A stretch of 58,102 nt of DNA, the filler included, from Dugesia japonica (lineage: Eukaryota), in the NCBI GenBank assembly GCA_001938525.1. It is 5 parts of 5 records of this genome, joined end to end, with 100 filler letters (N's around TTAATTAATTAA, not from the genome) between each part and the next. Parts side by side here need not be neighbours in the genome. Positions count along the whole stretch, not along the records: positions 49,536 to 58,102 come from MQRL01498894.1; 4 more parts are not named here. The stretch is one strand, 5' to 3'. A program made the translations under genes and the position numbers. The notes under the pieces were generated by a model. That model did no database searches, was not told where the DNA came from, and saw only the letters and a program-made list of their open reading frames with translations. Below, piece after piece: positions 53,318 to 58,102 of this stretch (positions are counted from its first letter, which is position 1; each line of letters begins with the position of its first letter).

Positions 53318-53617
53318 AAATAAAATAAATGTATTGATGTTGTGCAAGTGTCGACTTTGTTTGTTTGTTTGTTTGTTTAATTACGTGATATGTATGTCAC
53401 GATGTTGATTTATTTTTATCATAACGACCTGCAGAGGCGGCGAATAATTTAATTACGATAGTAATTTAGTTTTAGTGAATGAAAGTTTTGTTTATGTTAT
53501 TCCTAAAAGTGGCGGAGTGGAAAATTTCCATTCTCATAATTAAATAATGATAATAACATTACTGATAATATGCTATAATTACTTTTACATGCATTCATCA
53601 TAATAAAATTATTTTAG

Positions 53618-53927
53618 TGAACAAATCTAGCGAGGAAATGATCTAGAAAAATGATGAGATGGCTGCACAGAAAAAAGGAAGGACGAGAGGCGCGAGTTGC
53701 GCAATGAAATAATGAATCTAAAGGGGCAACTGAATAAGTCGTCCAAATTGAAAGAGAAGGAGTTGGCTCTCCAGCAGACCAATTGTCTCATGGCCGATAT
53801 CATCAAGATATACGCGGACCATGAAGCTACAATTTTCCACACTCTGCGAACCTTGTGGTTAAATTATCGATCGTCGGAAGAGTCCACTGATACAGCGGAC
53901 AATACAGTGGACCTGGATGCACTATAA
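53618..53927 (+). pseudogene. Element D ORF3 homolog
   Basis: ttttag|TG start. ERRELRNEI...KEKELALQQTNCLMADIIKIYADHEATIFHTLRTLWLNYR, then AATAAA. Confidence 0.7.
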
Positions 53928-56900
53928 CCAGTGGAGAAACTGTAAATATATAAATAAACGTTAATTGATGTTCATTGAGTTGTTCTGAATTACGACTGTG
54001 TCTGGTAAAGTAAAATCATAAGTGTTATTACAAGCCGAATTTCAACTGAGCATTTGAGAAAAATTGTTGTTGGGGTTCAAAAATTTAGTGAGTAAGACGC
54101 GATACCACAAAGTCGCGTTGAACCCAGGAAAGATAGGGGCATGATACAGAGGTACTATAAACACTTGGGGTTTTTAGGTGTGCCTCTAGACATTATAGTG
54201 AATTACTAAATTTGAAAGTGAGATCAGAGAGTTATAGAGAATAATTTAAAGATCGAAAGCCTAAAAACCCAACATATATATTTTTTACAAATTTAAGATA
54301 TTAAATATAAACTCTATAATAAATTTAAAATTTATTCAAAAAATATTTTCATGTTAATTTAACAAATATTTTAATTTAATATTAAATATTATAATTTAAC
54401 AAATATAATTTAAGATTTGATAAGTTTTAGAATGTAACATTTATATTTAAATTTATCATTAACCTTTACAATTTCGAAGGTAATTAATTTTATTAGTTAT
54501 TTAGGATTTAAATCCACTCTTTAATTAATACAACTTTAAAATCTATTCTAATTTAATTTTAGAATTACATTCGAAAATTTACCAGTAAATTTTAAAAATC
54601 ATTTTAAAACTTATTTTTAAAAGGTTTAGAAATTCCCAACGTAAAAATATCTTACAGTAGCAATAAGTACCAGATAACGAAATCTATCTTTGATACTTTT
54701 ATCAATAATAATTTGACTGTAAATCAGAAAAATCAATATTCGACTTGCTTCTCTTTTGTAATTATCAACAGACTATAAAATGTAGTTTGGAGGCATTCAA
54801 AACTCTCTTCCAAGAAATGAAGTCATTCAGTTTGTTGGGCTGGAACACATCAAGAAATACAAAATGAGACATAAAAAAATGTTGAAAATAAATGAGTAAA
54901 ATAAGGACAACAGTGGGCAAATTGGATGTTCTGGACCAGAAAATCTATTATCATGAATAAAATTATCATTATTATTATATAATTATTATTATAATCATTA
55001 TGAAATTATTTATGAAAATATCAAAAAAAATCGAAAATTGGACGTCAAAGACCCAAATGTCGCCGCATATGAATGAAAATTATATCAGATAAAAGAGAAT
55101 CACGAACTAAATAATAAAAATAATATACAATAGTATAATAAAATGTTAAAGGGCTCTCTGCGACCCGTTTTATTTATTATAAATAACGCTAATTAGCGTT
55201 TAATATTATTGAAAAGTTAATTAATTTTGGTCCAGTCATCTTCTTGCCTTGTCTGAATCTGATGATAACAGTTGCAAATAAACAAGGAAACTGATTATTT
55301 ACCGGGAGTCAGACAAGGACTTTCCATGGAAACCAACAGATTCATCAGAGGTCACATGAAGTGACAGTCAAAATTTATCAAAATCCGAAAAGTCCGAATT
55401 TGTGTGCAAAAACACTGAGATACGCACACCAATCTGGAAGGCCGGAGAGAGAAAATTCAAAAGGATTGGTTGGCTAATCGAGGGCCAGATTTTCCGTTCA
55501 TCATCTTTAATAAAACCCGGCTAATCGAAGAAAAAGCACCACTTTTTTAAAACAATTTTGTTTTAAAAAAAATTTTTTAAATCGTTTTATCACAAATTTA
55601 CTGTTTGTTATAACTATTAACGGGTCAGGAGGAACCCAAAAATCATTTTATTTACAACTGTTAAAGGATCAGGAGGAACACAAATTCATTTTATTACAAC
55701 TTTTAACCGACCAGGANGAAAACAAATCAAGTAAATTTTACTTAATTTAACTAACATTTTGTGACTGTTTTTCCGAGTGTCCATATCGAGATAGTGTTTT
55801 ATTTACTGGTATGATGCTATGGATGATCGTGTTCCCGAACGAGAAATATTATGATCACCGCGAGAAATCTTATGAATGGAACGAGAAATATTTTGGCAGA
55901 AAAGCGCAATATTATGATCAGAACAAGAGAGCTTCTGAACCGAATGAGAAATATTATGGATAGAAAGAGAAACAGATAAATTACGTCCAGGAAAGCGACC
56001 AGAAAATTCATCCGAAAAGTAATCGAGAAAAAGTATAATATAGCAAAAAATGACGTGCCGACAGTGCTCTAAAACAGTAATCTGGAGAGTGAATAGAAAA
56101 GCACTCAGAAGCTATCTATCATTGAGAGAAAAATTGCGTACTGAAAAGTAATATTTACAGTAATCCAAATCGAGAGAGAAAATTGAGTGCAGAGAAATAA
56201 ATTTACTGAGGAAGGTTTGGCATGAGCGGCGGTTATGATAGGTCGCAAATAGCTCGGTCGGAATCAGGCAGAGAAAGCTCGGTTTATGTTTTGTTGTAGA
56301 ATTGTGTTACTGTCTGGTATTTTATCTGTATACACATTTATTCGATGCTACTAATTAATGATTTTAATAATACTTAGTTTAAATTGATTTCTTTGGATTT
56401 TAACGTTTTATTTTCTAAATTTTAATGTTTAGTCGAAATAGAATATTCACGATTGATAAATAATACCTAGCGATTGAGCGTTATATTTTTCTTACTCGGC
56501 GAAAATCGCGTCGACACTGGACGATTAAGTAGATTCAACTCAGAAATTCTATAATGAATCAACTGTCTAACAAATGTTTTTGGAGGGATTATAATCCACA
56601 ATCTCCAATCATATGAATGATAAAATTCGAATTAATTTGTTGGCTANNNNNNNNNNNNNNNNNNNNNNNNNNNNNNNNNNNNNNNNNNNNNNNNNNNNNN
56701 NNNNNNNNNNNNNNNNNNNNNNNNNNNNNNNNNNNNNNNNNNNNNNNNNNNNNNNNNNNNNNNNNNNNNNNNNNNNNNNNNNNNNNNNNNNNNNNNNNNN
56801 NNNNNNNNNAGTAGGGCGAAGAGCTCGTCTATGTGTAATATTTTGTCCAAAATGTTTAACAAATTTATCTTCGCTTTATGTTTTGCTCAATTTATAAATT

Positions 56901-57046
56901 TTTATTAGACGTATCAAGATCAGGAATCAAATGTGCAATCCAAGGCAGCCGCAACGTCGTATTTGGATCAGGACGGAAATTACTACTTGGAATAGAAGGA
57001 AGTACAAGCCATGCTAAATCAGGTGAGAAAAGAGTAGGCACTGATA

Positions 57047-57343
57047 ATGCAGAGTTTAAAGGCGGCTTTGAAGGCGGCGCAGTTGCAAATAATTATCAAA
57101 GATGCAAACTGGCACTTGGCAGAATACCAGCTAAAATGTCTGCGAGAAGGAGAAGAACGAGAGGAGAACTCGAGTGCGGATCATGCACCGGAGGTGGAAT
57201 TATGCATAACCAACGTACGGACCATAGTCGGAGGTGATGAAGAAAAGGAGGAAGCCGAGGAAATTCGAATTATTCAGGAGCTGATGCAAATGCGGGATAG
57301 AATAGCCATCTTGCCGTTATGTTCTGATGGCCTTGATGTTTGA
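57047..57343 (+). CDS. Element E acidic/coiled-coil ORF, likely the remnant of a longer frame
   Basis: 98-aa ORF with raised GC at the same position as D 52913-53317, but no obvious similarity to it. Confidence 0.4.
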   Translation: MQSLKAALKAAQLQIIIKDANWHLAEYQLKCLREGEEREENSSADHAPEVELCITNVRTIVGGDEEKEEAEEIRIIQELMQMRDRIAILPLCSDGLDV

Positions 57344-57618
57344 TTTTAATAATGTCTTGAATAGAAAGTTTTTTAAACTGGAGTTGGCTTATTATTTTGG
57401 TGTGTTCAAATGTGGAAGTAATAATATCGACGCCGTAATATGTACGTCACTGCAAATTTTATATGGTATTAAAATTGTCCGCAGAGGCAATATATAATGG
57501 AGTAAACAAATTTTTTTTGTAACGGCCGAATGTTGGCGAGTTTAGGATCTTTTCGAACTAAATTTATTTATACAATTTTTATTGCGCCATCATTATTTAA
57601 AATGTGTTTACATTTCAG

Positions 57619-57937
57619 TGAATAAAAGCAACGAGGAATCCATCCCGAGAAAAGAGGTGTTTATGATGAAGAATAAATGGAAAGAGGAGCGCAGGGAACT
57701 CCGAAACGAAGTGTTAAGATTGAACGGCAGGCGTCAAAACAAACGGCTAAATATGATCAGCATAAGGAGAAGGAGCTATTCCTATAAATGTCAAACCGAC
57801 TCATGGCGGATGTTATTAAAACTTACGCGGATCGTGAGAATTCAATGTTCGCGACCCTCCGAACAATGTGGATAAACTACCGAACTGCACCAGCAGAGGC
57901 TGAGGAGAAGGGCGTATCGGTTAATTTAGATTACTAA
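57619..57937 (+). pseudogene. Element E ORF3 homolog (frameshift plus stop)
   Basis: tttcag|TG start. KNKWKEERRELRNEVLRL/RQASKQTAKYDQHKEKELFL*MSNRLMADVIKTYADRENSMFATLRTMWINYR, then AATAAA. Confidence 0.75.
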
Positions 57938-58102
57938 TTTAATGTACAAATAAATTTTAGAAAAATTAGTTGAATTATTTTGATATTTTTGTTGTGGTCA
58001 TAATCTTCCGAGCATTTGGTGAATAATAATCAAAGTTTAACGTCGACATGGTGTAACTGAAGCAAATTGTATCATGAATTACGGAGAATGTGAGAGTTAT
58101 GG

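Larger units (their letters stand above)
50882..54274 (+). mobile_element. Family-2 TGTTGGG...CCCAACA cargo element, copy D
   Basis: Termini TGTTGGGCT / AACCCAACA with TATA TSD (weak in AT-rich flanks). Multiple blocks shared with copy E. Confidence 0.8.
54833..58102 (+). mobile_element. Family-2 cargo element, copy E (runs off the window)
   Basis: Starts TGTTGGGCTGGAA. Shares CTGGACCAGAAAAT, TGGTCCAGTCAT, GAGGTCACAYGARGTGAC, GCAGAGGC and the last ORF with D. Confidence 0.75.

Overview
Very AT-rich eukaryotic (probably invertebrate) draft-assembly sequence with ~50-bp GT-AG introns and many N gaps. Four artificial N-TTAATTAATTAA-N linkers mean the window is at least five pieces whose adjacency is unproven. 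Two host genes are supportable: RWDD4 (3 exons, 10901-12872) and a divergent Ig-superfamily type I membrane protein (24580-25967). Most of the rest is decayed mobile DNA: Penelope RT, mariner, several hATs, pogo and piggyBac MITEs, and Polinton-type pPolB remnants. The standout is a set of 3.4-4.6 kb elements bounded by TGTTGGG...CCCAACA with 4-5 bp target-site duplications and no recognisable transposase, RT or integrase. Family 1 has three copies (4198-8227, 38466-43109, 44576-48832). Each carries a conserved 5' CCAAT-rich region, four small orphan ORF cassettes (acceptor-like AG, ORF, stop, AATAAA) and a ~200-bp 3' end with covarying stems. Family 2 has two copies (50882-54274, 54833 to window end) and shares one coiled-coil ORF with family 1 (ungapped W-x48-YxDREN). 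They look like giant gene-carrying solo LTRs or non-autonomous integrase-mobilised cargo elements. No database search was possible, so novelty is unverified.
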